Source of the DNA: Vibrio vulnificus CMCP6
Lineage (GTDB): Bacteria; Pseudomonadota; Gammaproteobacteria; Enterobacterales; Vibrionaceae
Length of the DNA: 32,000 nucleotides
Direction of reading: 5' to 3'
NCBI RefSeq assembly: GCF_000039765.1
Contig: NC_004460.2
Location: 1,770,001 to 1,802,000 of the forward strand
A program made the position numbers and the translations under genes. Within the stretch, counting starts at the first letter, position 1, and every line of letters begins with the position of its first letter. The notes below the pieces were generated by a model. The model was given only the letters and a program-made list of their open reading frames with translations. It did not search any database and was not told the origin of the DNA. Of this stretch, positions 18,302-26,523 are shown in pieces.

Positions 18302-19177
18302 ATGGACGTCAAAAAAGTTGCATTTATTGGGTTGGGAGTCATGGGCTACCCAATGGCTGGCTATTTAAGCAAAGCGGGTTATGAAACTCGAGTCTACAAC
18401 CGTACTTTCGCTAAAGCTCAGAAATGGGCAGAGCAGTATCAAGGGGCTGCATTTGAAACGCCTCGTGAAGCTGCTTTAGGTTGTGATGTTGTGTTTGTTT
18501 GCGTGGGCAACGATGACGATGTTCGCAGTGTTGTTTATGGAGAAGATGGTGTGCTTGCCGGTTTAGAACCTGGTGCCATTCTTGTTGACCACACCACTAC
18601 TTCTGCAGAACTGGCTGTTGAACTTGCCGATGCTTGTCAGAAAGTCTCCAATGCCTTTATTGATGCGCCCGTATCTGGTGGGCAAGCCGGTGCGGAAAAT
18701 GGTGTGTTAACCATCATGTGTGGCGGCGATGAGTCCGTCTTTGCTCAGGTTTCTCCAGTTATGGATGCTTACGCGAAACAAGCCACACTGCTTGGTGAAA
18801 ATGGTCAGGGGCAGCGCTGTAAAATGGTGAATCAAATTTGCATCGCCGGGGTTTTACAAGGGCTAAGTGAAGCGATTTTATTGGCGCAAAAGTCAGGTTT
18901 GGATGTTGCTCAAGTGGTAGACACGCTGAAACATGGTGCTGCAGGTTCTTGGCAAATGGAAAACCGTGCAACTACGATGGCGCAAGATAAGTTTGATTTT
19001 GGCTTTGCCATTGATTGGATGCGTAAAGATCTCGGCTTTTGCTTAAAAGAGGCTCAGCGTGTTGGGCTTGAGTTGCCACTGACAAAGCAAGTGGATCAGC
19101 AATACGCTCAGTTGCAACAAGATGGTTTGGGGCGCATGGATACCTCGGTGCTGATCAAAGCGGTGGCGAAGCATTGA
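18302..19177 (+). CDS. NAD(P)-dependent oxidoreductase of the 3-hydroxyisobutyrate dehydrogenase / tartronate semialdehyde reductase family
   Basis: The N-terminal Rossmann motif VAFIGLGVMGYPMAGYL is present, plus DAPVSGG and the family length of 291 aa. Shine-Dalgarno GGGGAGAAAG lies upstream. Confidence 0.8.
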   Translation: MDVKKVAFIGLGVMGYPMAGYLSKAGYETRVYNRTFAKAQKWAEQYQGAAFETPREAALGCDVVFVCVGNDDDVRSVVYGEDGVLAGLEPGAILVDHTTTSAELAVELADACQKVSNAFIDAPVSGGQAGAENGVLTIMCGGDESVFAQVSPVMDAYAKQATLLGENGQGQRCKMVNQICIAGVLQGLSEAILLAQKSGLDVAQVVDTLKHGAAGSWQMENRATTMAQDKFDFGFAIDWMRKDLGFCLKEAQRVGLELPLTKQVDQQYAQLQQDGLGRMDTSVLIKAVAKH

Positions 19178-19183
19178 ATCATT

Positions 19184-19209
19184 AAAGGGGAATGTTGAAT
19201 TCCCCTTTT
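19184..19209. terminator. Bidirectional terminator between convergent genes
   Basis: Stem AAAGGGGAAT/ATTCCCCTTT with A and T flanks. Confidence 0.7.
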
Positions 19210-19238
19210 ATCCACTTTTTGAGTAGAAAGCGTGCTTT

Positions 19239-19712
19239 TTAGCAACCATCGGTCAGACTGACGATTTGTGGCTGTTTTTCTGGTTGATAGAGGATCTGGC
19301 AGAAATCACCACTGGTTTGGAAGGTATACTTGTCCGCATAAAAAGAGATGGCGGCGACACGATGACCATCTATTTCTTTGTTATTAATGTGTAATCCACC
19401 ATTGCGATCGATATTCAACAAGCGCCGTACAGCGTCGATGTAGGCTATCGGGTAGCCGTGGCAGACGTAATAGCTTTCTACTTCGACTTTCTGAATATAG
19501 TTACAGCTGCTTTCCACCCCAAGAATAGCGGATTTCGCGTAAACCATATCCACAGCCGTTCTCATTTGACCAGCCATGTCACGAACCTTCTGACTTCGAG
19601 CATCCGCCTGTATTCCTAAAAAACGTACCGCTGCGACCGCACTGACGATGGCGATAAGCACCAGCACAACGATCATTTCAATTAATGTAAAACCAGTTTG
19701 ACGATACTTCAT
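19239..19712 (-). CDS. Orphan type IV pilin / pseudopilin-like protein (prepilin N-terminal cleavage-methylation domain, MSHA-pilin-like)
   Basis: MKYRQTG|FTLIEMIVVLVLIAIVSAVAAVRF has a short leader, Gly at -1, Phe at +1 and Glu at +5. The product is 157 aa with four Cys in the C-terminal half. There are no assembly genes nearby. Confidence 0.75.
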   Translation of the reverse strand: MKYRQTGFTLIEMIVVLVLIAIVSAVAAVRFLGIQADARSQKVRDMAGQMRTAVDMVYAKSAILGVESSCNYIQKVEVESYYVCHGYPIAYIDAVRRLLNIDRNGGLHINNKEIDGHRVAAISFYADKYTFQTSGDFCQILYQPEKQPQIVSLTDGC

Positions 19713-19751
19713 GGCAAATCAGCTCTCGGAAAATACTTACGCATAGTGTCA

Positions 19752-19782
19752 TAAAAACAACAATGCCGTCTCTTTGACGGCA
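19752..19782 (-). terminator. Terminator downstream of the GNAT gene
   Basis: Stem TGCCGTC/GACGGCA preceded on the plus strand by AAAAACAACAA, which reads U-rich after the hairpin on the minus strand. Confidence 0.6.
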
Positions 19783-19885
19783 CTGAGTTTTGTAAGGGTA
19801 CGTAAGGATATCGGAACCAGAGACAGAAGTCTTTTGATGAATCCATTGGGCTTTGAGTCTGGATAAAAAGGTATTGGAAGAAGGC

Positions 19886-20443
19886 TTACTTCTCCGAGTG
19901 CTTTTCTTGCCAATCGGATTTGCGAAGGGCATACACGGCATGATCTAAAACACGATCTTGCACTCTCTCATTACGGCTAATGATGCCTTCCAGACTCATG
20001 CCTAAACGCTCAGCAACAGCACGACTAGCGGTATTTTCTTTTGCGGCTCTCAGTTGCACCAGCTCCATTGACAGTGTGCCAAAGGCGTATTCCAACATTT
20101 TTTGGCACGACAAGGTAACGATGCCTTTCCCTTGCAGTTCTTCAGAGAGCCAGTAACCAATGCAGGCTCTTTGTAGGTCGTGGTTGATTTCATGCAAACC
20201 TATGTTGCCCACTAGGTTGTCTTGGTAAAAAATCGCGCAAGTCACGGATTTTTTGTCGGCATACTCATGAAGAGAGCGTTGAACAAATTGTTGAAAATCT
20301 TGCTCAGTTTGGCAAAAAGAGGGCCAAGCTAGCCATTGTGATAGATACGTTTGTTGTTTGGCTACAAGCGGAGCATAGAGTTTTGCGAAGGAGTCTTGAA
20401 CGAGTGCGAGTTTAATTTCTTCTGTGACATCGAGAGTGAACAT
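19886..20443 (-). CDS. GNAT-family N-acetyltransferase (RimJ/RimL-like)
   Basis: 185 aa. IGYWLSEELQGKGIVT and NTASRAVAERLGM match the acetyl-CoA binding region of RimJ/RimL-type GNATs. Confidence 0.75.
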   Translation of the reverse strand: MFTLDVTEEIKLALVQDSFAKLYAPLVAKQQTYLSQWLAWPSFCQTEQDFQQFVQRSLHEYADKKSVTCAIFYQDNLVGNIGLHEINHDLQRACIGYWLSEELQGKGIVTLSCQKMLEYAFGTLSMELVQLRAAKENTASRAVAERLGMSLEGIISRNERVQDRVLDHAVYALRKSDWQEKHSEK

Positions 20444-20505
20444 AGGTCATCCTTTAACTTGTTATTTTTGTTTGAAAATCAGAATAACAGGTTACAAATG
20501 AACAA

Positions 20506-21114
20506 TTAAGCAAGTTCTAGCGTGATGCGGACAAATTGTTCGTCCTGATAACCCACAGAATAGGTAAAGGTATTATTGGCGTAGATAGCACCAAGGAACA
20601 GAGCACGTTGGCTCATTGGGCCGCGAAATAGCATTGAGATAGGAGAGCGCATTTCATTGTTTGAACCAAAATGCTCATTGAGGTTTTGGGTCAATACGCA
20701 CAGTAGACAGCCATTTTCATCGTGGGACAAATCCACATCTTCTGCTCGCGAGAGTAAGATGGTCGTACCTAACTTTTTCTCAATTTCATTGATAAGTAGC
20801 AGATAGCTATCAAGATGGGGTTGAACTGGCGCAGATTCCGCACCCACACAACGTTCGAGCAGAGCCTCTAGATCACCACTTTCGCCTTTTGCTTGTTGTG
20901 TTATTGCTTTAAGTGGTTTTTTAATCAACTTATAGCGATTGCTCTTAAGTTTGGGCTTTAACCACTTTTGCAGGATATCGTTACTTTCTTGGCGAGAATA
21001 AAGATTTGGTGTAGCAAGGCGACGGAATTGCAGGTGCAACAAAGCGTGAACAGCAAGTTCACTAAGCAGTTGATTCGCATCTGCGTTCGTTTTAGCTGGC
21101 TTAATACCTTGCAT
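20506..21114 (-). CDS. Hypothetical protein, function unknown
   Basis: About 202 aa, soluble, with no motif I can name confidently. The start (GTG 21117 or ATG 21114) lies only about 22-25 nt downstream of the tRNA-Leu 3' end. Confidence 0.5.
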   Translation of the reverse strand: MQGIKPAKTNADANQLLSELAVHALLHLQFRRLATPNLYSRQESNDILQKWLKPKLKSNRYKLIKKPLKAITQQAKGESGDLEALLERCVGAESAPVQPHLDSYLLLINEIEKKLGTTILLSRAEDVDLSHDENGCLLCVLTQNLNEHFGSNNEMRSPISMLFRGPMSQRALFLGAIYANNTFTYSVGYQDEQFVRITLELA

Positions 21115-21139
21115 CACATTGATTATATTTATGAAGGAA

Positions 21140-21223
21140 TGGTGCCGAGAGAGGGACTCGAACCCTCACACCATAGGCGCTAGCACCTCATGCTAGTGTG
21201 TCTACCAATTTCACCATCTCGGC
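21140..21223 (-). tRNA. leuU: tRNA-Leu (anticodon GAG), class II with long variable arm
   Basis: The reverse complement reads GCCGAGATGGTGAAATTGGTAGACACACTAGCATGAGGTGCTAGCGCCTATGGTGTGAGGGTTCGAGTCCCTCTCTCGGCACCA. The acceptor stem is GCCGAGA/TCTCGGC, the anticodon stem CTAGC/GCTAG, and the loop A-T-GAG-G-T. The T loop GGTTCGAGTCC and an encoded CCA are present. It is very similar to E. coli tRNA-Leu(GAG). Confidence 0.95.
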
Positions 21224-21782
21224 ACAGGATGTCGAAGCAGAGCTTCTTTTTGACGCGGTTCATTTCAAACCGAAGCGAATTATAACTAAAAAAGCGTGGA
21301 AGGCGAGTGTTTCCTTTACATAAATTAGTGTTTTTGGTTCGTTTGCATATTTATTGTCCACCTAAGGGCCAAAACTCATCATTATCCCTATTTAGAGTAG
21401 TGATAAGCGCAGGAAATACGCGCATTGGTTAAATTGTGGACGCTTGAACGTTTGCGTAAATAAATGTGATGAATATCTCTTTTTGTTGGCTATACTAGCG
21501 ACCCGTTTAAGCGGGAAATAGGGTTTATCGTTCATAACCCTTACCCATACAAGCCGTCACATGGAAACAAATCGCCCAATAGTTTGGCCGTTTGAGTGAA
21601 TGACCCCAAGGACCGGACCAGCTGACTTTTGAAAGCTTGTATAAGGTAAAAAAGATGTCGAACTATTCGTTCAATTTCATTCGTGAGTCATGGTGTCAAT
21701 CGTCACCACTTCATACCCCTCCTTCTTTTGCTGCGTTTTTCAGCTCCTCTTTCATTTTTAATTTTTAAGTAGGTCGTTACTC

Positions 21783-22991
21783 ATGAATATTTTGTTGAGT
21801 CTATTAGGTGTCGCTGCACTGATCGGTTGCGCGTTTTTGTTGTCGGAAAGCCGACGTTCAATTAACTGGAAAACGGTATTTAGAGCGTTGCTGCTGCAAG
21901 TGGGATTTGCAGCTCTGGTTCTCTACTTTCCTTGGGGGCAAGCAGCGCTAGCTGGGCTAAGTAATGCGGTTTCAGGATTACTGGGTTTCGCCGATGAAGG
22001 GATCGCTTTCTTGTTTGGTGATTTGGCTTCTTCTGGTTTCATCTTTGCCGTTCGCGTTCTTCCTATCATCATCTTCTTTAGTGCTCTTATCTCTGCCCTG
22101 TATTACTTGGGTATCATGCAAAAAGTGATTCAAGTTATTGGTGGTGGCATCCAGAAATTCTTGGGTACCAGCAAAGCCGAGTCTCTTGTTGCAACGGGCA
22201 ATATCTTCCTTTCTCAAGGTGAGTCGCCATTGCTGATTCGTCCTTTCCTCTCGAGCATGACACGTTCAGAACTGTTTGCGGTGATGGCAGGCGGTATGGC
22301 ATCGGTTGCGGGTAGTGTACTCGGTGGCTATGCTGGTTTAGGTGTTGAGCTGAAATATTTGATTGCAGCGAGTTTTATGGCGGCACCAGGCAGCTTGTTG
22401 ATGGCAAAAATCATCGTGCCTGAGCGTGCAACGCCAAGCGACTATACCAACATTGAACTCGATAAATCTGACCAAAGCAACGTGATTGACGCACTGGCAA
22501 GTGGTGCGATGGGCGGCATGAAAGTGGCTGTTGCGGTGGGTACTATGCTGATTGCGTTTGTCAGTGTTATTGCCATGGTAAACACGGGTTTAGAAAACTT
22601 GGGCGAGCTATTTGGTTTCACTGGCGTCACGTTGCAAGCGATTTTTGGCTACCTATTCTCTCCATTGGCTTGGTTGATCGGTATCCCTTCAAATGAAGTG
22701 CTCGCAGCGGGTTCTTACATTGGCCAGAAGATTGTGATGAATGAGTTTGTGGCGTTCATTGACTTTGTGGAACACAAATCGCTGTTGTCAGAGCACAGCC
22801 AAGTGATCATCACGTTTGCTTTGTGTGGTTTTGCTAACATTGGTTCGATTGCGATTCAGTTGGGCTCCATCGGTGTGATGGCACCAGAGCGTCGCAGTGA
22901 CGTAGCAAACATGGGCCTTAAAGCGGTTGCTGCTGGTACGTTAGCCAACCTAATGAGTGCATGTTTAGCTGGGATTTTTATCTCCCTATAA
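21783..22991 (+). CDS. nupC: NupC-family concentrative nucleoside:H+ symporter
   Basis: 402 aa. The N-terminus MNILLSLLGVAALIGCAFLLSESRRSINWKTV, and later GNIFLSQGESPLLIRPF and FALCGFANIGSIAIQLG, are typical of the NupC/CNT family. Confidence 0.85.
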   Translation: MNILLSLLGVAALIGCAFLLSESRRSINWKTVFRALLLQVGFAALVLYFPWGQAALAGLSNAVSGLLGFADEGIAFLFGDLASSGFIFAVRVLPIIIFFSALISALYYLGIMQKVIQVIGGGIQKFLGTSKAESLVATGNIFLSQGESPLLIRPFLSSMTRSELFAVMAGGMASVAGSVLGGYAGLGVELKYLIAASFMAAPGSLLMAKIIVPERATPSDYTNIELDKSDQSNVIDALASGAMGGMKVAVAVGTMLIAFVSVIAMVNTGLENLGELFGFTGVTLQAIFGYLFSPLAWLIGIPSNEVLAAGSYIGQKIVMNEFVAFIDFVEHKSLLSEHSQVIITFALCGFANIGSIAIQLGSIGVMAPERRSDVANMGLKAVAAGTLANLMSACLAGIFISL

Positions 22992-23049
22992 TTCAGACAG
23001 CCTCAGCAGACTTCTTCTTTGCTAGCGAGAAGAAATGCTAAATGAGAAC

Positions 23050-23081
23050 AAAAATGCCCTGTGAGAACAGGGCATTTTTTT
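23050..23081. terminator. Bidirectional terminator between convergent genes
   Basis: Stem AATGCCCTG/CAGGGCATT flanked by AAAAA and TTTTTTT. Confidence 0.8.
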
Positions 23082-23101
23082 ATGCGCTAGATTTACAAAG
23101 A

Positions 23102-24199
23102 TTAGGGTTGAGCTGGCTTATCGGCAATCAAACCGTAAGGCATTGAGGAAAAGACTTTCGGGTTGTGTTGCAGGGTGGGGGCTTCATTCACGCGCTGCCA
23201 ATCGAGCAACATAATGGCTAACACGTTACGGTGTTCGCCTGACTCTAACTCAAAATCACCGGATACTGACGGGATCATGCCGCGTTCAGGGTCGATTGAA
23301 GCTTGAATGGCTTGGCGTGTTTTTTCTACCACCGGATCATTTTCTAATCCTGCGAGCAAAAAGCTGATCCCGACTTCTGCGATGATGTCTTCTTTAGCTC
23401 GAATTAATATGGTGTCAATGTGTTCACGGAAATAGTCAAAGATCCATTGATGCTGCTTCTCATCCACTTGATGCTGATAGTACTCTGAATCAGCGAAGAT
23501 AATATGGGTCATTCCGTAGAGCTTGTTGCCGTATTGTTGGCCATTGAGCTGCTTATCTTTTGCATCCGGATAGGTTTGGCGGAAGGCATCAATAAACGCT
23601 TGCACGACGTCTTGCTCTCCAAGCTGTTTAAGCCAATAAACTTGATTGGCCAGCTGAGCCGCCCACGCTTCAATCATTTCCGGATTGGTGGCGTATTTTT
23701 TAAAGTCGTAGCGGCGGATCACTTCACGTAACCTGGCGTCTTGTTTGTGCTCTAAACCATATTCGTTGGCACGAGCCATCGAGCCAAGCAGATCCACACC
23801 AAGATACAGATACTCAGGCATGTGTTTTGTCGCGGTATAGCGGCGTACACTTCGTTCATCAGTATCATCAAGATAGCTTGCAATACGCTTTTCAGAATAA
23901 AGAATGATTTGCTCGGGCGTATACACTTCAGCAGCAAAGCGATTTAAGCGGCTTGCGACTCTCGCCATATCACTCCAAACGGCAGCAGAATATTTTGGGT
24001 CGAGTGTTTGGCGATACATACGCAATCCGTAATGACCTTCTTTAAACGGCGACAAGGTATAGAGTTGCTGCTCGTAAGTGCTTTTTATCAAGGATGCTGA
24101 TTGTTGGTAAGTGGGTTTGCTGTTTTCTTCACTGGCAAAGGCAGAGAAGCCGATACCGAGAGATAGCAGGGTAATTAGTATCCGTGTGGCGATATTCAT
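23102..24199 (-). CDS. Hypothetical exported protein
   Basis: The signal peptide MNIATRILITLLSLGIGFSAFASE is followed by a helical, Tyr/Gln-rich mature part. ATG at 24199 is preferred to the TTG at 24217. The family is not confidently recognised. Confidence 0.55.
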   Translation of the reverse strand: MNIATRILITLLSLGIGFSAFASEENSKPTYQQSASLIKSTYEQQLYTLSPFKEGHYGLRMYRQTLDPKYSAAVWSDMARVASRLNRFAAEVYTPEQIILYSEKRIASYLDDTDERSVRRYTATKHMPEYLYLGVDLLGSMARANEYGLEHKQDARLREVIRRYDFKKYATNPEMIEAWAAQLANQVYWLKQLGEQDVVQAFIDAFRQTYPDAKDKQLNGQQYGNKLYGMTHIIFADSEYYQHQVDEKQHQWIFDYFREHIDTILIRAKEDIIAEVGISFLLAGLENDPVVEKTRQAIQASIDPERGMIPSVSGDFELESGEHRNVLAIMLLDWQRVNEAPTLQHNPKVFSSMPYGLIADKPAQP

Positions 24200-24269
24200 G
24201 ACTGAGTCCCATATCAAGATGATAAATCGAAAGGTATCAGTTATTGCCGCCGTTTATGTAAGCGTCAGG

Positions 24270-24881
24270 TCAAATGGCGGTAGAAATTATCTGGCGAAAG
24301 GTGAGATTTATCCGCTCCGATTTGGTTTTAGCGGTTTTGGGTACACAATGTCGCCAATAATGCTGAGTGCTGCCTGCCATGATCAACAACGAGCCGCTGG
24401 TCAGTTCGAACTCGATTTTCTCTTTGCTAATGAGGTGCTGCAGAACGAAGCGACGGCTTTCTCCCAAATTGACGGAGGCGATGACGGGATTGCGGCCCAG
24501 CTCTGGTTCGTCATCCTGATGCCAGCCCATAGAGTCTTGTCCATTGCGGTAGAGGTTCGCCAATACCGAGTTGAATAAATGGCCGGAGGCATTCTCGCAA
24601 CGCGCTTTTAGATCGAGTAACGTGGGTGTCCAAGGCAGAGGTTGCATGGTCAAGCCTGAATAAGTGTAAGCCGCGTCACCACACCAAGCCTGAAGACGAG
24701 GTTGTAGGACTTGGCGGCCAAACATTTGAATGGCTTTTTGCTCCCACGGAAGTTCATGCTTTAACTGAGTAAAGTATGTTTCGGCTTGATCTTGAGAAAG
24801 AAATGTCGGCCACCACAGCAACTGGCCATCGGTTATGGTCAGCCAATCGGGTGAATCAAACAAAAACAGCGAAGATGACAT
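24270..24881 (-). CDS. AlkB-like Fe(II)/2-oxoglutarate-dependent dioxygenase (alkylated nucleic-acid repair type)
   Basis: 203 aa. LANLYRNGQDSMGWHQDDEPELG contains the HxD iron ligands. SLLIMAGSTQHYWRHCVPK and RINLTFR (the 2OG-binding Arg) follow. Confidence 0.8.
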   Translation of the reverse strand: MSSSLFLFDSPDWLTITDGQLLWWPTFLSQDQAETYFTQLKHELPWEQKAIQMFGRQVLQPRLQAWCGDAAYTYSGLTMQPLPWTPTLLDLKARCENASGHLFNSVLANLYRNGQDSMGWHQDDEPELGRNPVIASVNLGESRRFVLQHLISKEKIEFELTSGSLLIMAGSTQHYWRHCVPKTAKTKSERINLTFRQIISTAI

Positions 24882-25023
24882 ACACTTACCTGAAAAGAGA
24901 CGAAATATTGCTTACCTATAAATACAAGATTGGTTTATTCTTATACATATATTAACTTTTTTAACAATAATAACGATTTATTATTTTCTTGTCCTACGTT
25001 GTAGGCGTTGATCTGGGGATTGA

Positions 25024-26403
25024 ATGAAGTATACGTTTGGAAAGCGATGGAGTGTTAACTTATTGTTTCTCCTGTTCATCACTCTTTCCGTCGGCATTGT
25101 CGAACTGCTCCATCATGAGCAGAAAAAAGTGCGCCAAGAGTATTTCCAGCGAGAAGCAAAAGATCAGCTATCCACCATTCGTTCGAAGTTGGAAGCGGCG
25201 ATTGTGTCGGACATCTACATCGTAAGCAGCCTAGCAACACTCATTTCTCTTCATCCAAATAGCAACAAGCAAGCACTTGACCAAGCTTCTGAGAAAATTC
25301 TGCGTAAAGGGAAACATTTACGCGTTATAGGCCTCGCCAGAGATGACGTGGTGAATTATGTCTATCCATGGGTCGGAAATGAGGGTGTTCTAGGACTGGA
25401 CTACAAAAAAGAACCAGCACAGTGGGAATCGATCGTTAAAGCGAAAACCATTGAAGAAATTTTTATTGCTGGCCCGATGGAGTTAGTTCAAGGAGGCAAG
25501 GCGCTGGTGGCTCGTGTGCCTATCTTTAGCGATCCCCCGCTTAATTCACAATACTGGGGTGTGTGCAGTGCCGTACTGAATTTTGATTCGCTATTGATGG
25601 ACGTCGGATTTGCCAGTTTTGCCTATCAATACCGAGTCGCGATAAAAGGTTTGGATAGTGAAGCCGAGAAAGGAGCGATGATTTACGGTGATGAAGCGAC
25701 GTTCAACGATGCATTTGTCAAAGAGCGTGTGAGCTTTCCATACGGAGGGTGGGTGTTGGCCGTGGCCGATGATGGGCGCTATGCCGCGTTAATGCCTTGG
25801 TATCAAACACAAATTGTGCGTTTGATTGGTTACCCCACCGCATTATTGCTTTGTCTGGTGTTTCTCGCCATTTATCGTCTCTATACGATGGCACATAGCC
25901 GCTCTTTGCATGATGAGCTGACGGGGTTGCCGAACCGACGTTACTTTATGTATTCCCTAGAGCACCATTTTGAACACGCTAAGAAACAAGGCCGTGATGA
26001 TACCTTTGCCGTCATTAACCTCGATCTCGACCGCTTTAAACAGATCAATGATACTCATGGGCATGCAGCTGGCGACAAAGTACTGATTGCTTGTGCCGAA
26101 AGGTTGAAGAGCACTTTGCGCTCGACCGACTTAGTAGCACGCATTGGTGGTGATGAGTTTTTGGTACTCTCTGCAAGAATGACGCATGAAAAAGACATGG
26201 AAATCTTGCTCAATAAACTCAAAGCGGCGCTTTGCTCTATGCCCATCGTGTATGAAGGTGAGTTGATCTATTTGCACATCAGCATTGGTTACTGCTTGTT
26301 CCACCATGAGATGAAAGATTCTGAAGAGATGCTCAAACAAGCCGACCAACGTATGTATAACGAGAAGAAAGCCAACAAAATGCGTTTTGCCGCCATTGGC
26401 TAG
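25024..26403 (+). CDS. Membrane sensor diguanylate cyclase (periplasmic CHASE-like domain plus GGDEF)
   Basis: A TM segment is followed by a periplasmic region of about 230 aa (VLGLDYKKEPAQW...GPMELVQGGKALVARVPIF) and a second TM segment. The GGDEF domain has LTGLPNRR, an intact RIGGDEFLV, and an RxxD I-site (RSTD) 5 residues upstream. Confidence 0.85.
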   Translation: MKYTFGKRWSVNLLFLLFITLSVGIVELLHHEQKKVRQEYFQREAKDQLSTIRSKLEAAIVSDIYIVSSLATLISLHPNSNKQALDQASEKILRKGKHLRVIGLARDDVVNYVYPWVGNEGVLGLDYKKEPAQWESIVKAKTIEEIFIAGPMELVQGGKALVARVPIFSDPPLNSQYWGVCSAVLNFDSLLMDVGFASFAYQYRVAIKGLDSEAEKGAMIYGDEATFNDAFVKERVSFPYGGWVLAVADDGRYAALMPWYQTQIVRLIGYPTALLLCLVFLAIYRLYTMAHSRSLHDELTGLPNRRYFMYSLEHHFEHAKKQGRDDTFAVINLDLDRFKQINDTHGHAAGDKVLIACAERLKSTLRSTDLVARIGGDEFLVLSARMTHEKDMEILLNKLKAALCSMPIVYEGELIYLHISIGYCLFHHEMKDSEEMLKQADQRMYNEKKANKMRFAAIG

Positions 26404-26455
26404 CGTGAGGATGAGTGTTAAGCGTCGCCCAAAGCACACCATTCGTGTTGCCAAC

Positions 26456-26493
26456 AAAAATAACAAAGGCCCAACAGGGCCTTTGTTATTTTT
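26456..26493. terminator. Bidirectional terminator between convergent genes
   Basis: Long stem ATAACAAAGGCCC/GGGCCTTTGTTAT flanked by AAAAA and TTTTT. Confidence 0.8.
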
Positions 26494-26523
26494 GTACAGC
26501 GGTGCTGTGTTCGTCCAGAGAGA

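Noticed and set aside
19000-21300. Possible genomic island integrated at tRNA-Leu.
   Set aside because: No integrase, transposase or direct repeat of the tRNA 3' end was visible by eye, so I do not call a mobile element. I kept it only as a finding that needs comparative genomics.
21480-21782. Known riboswitch (c-di-GMP, purine/2'-dG, preQ1) in the nupC leader.
   Set aside because: The sequence does not match the conserved cores of these classes as I remember them. Only generic hairpins are present. I report it as an unexplained long leader and not as a riboswitch.
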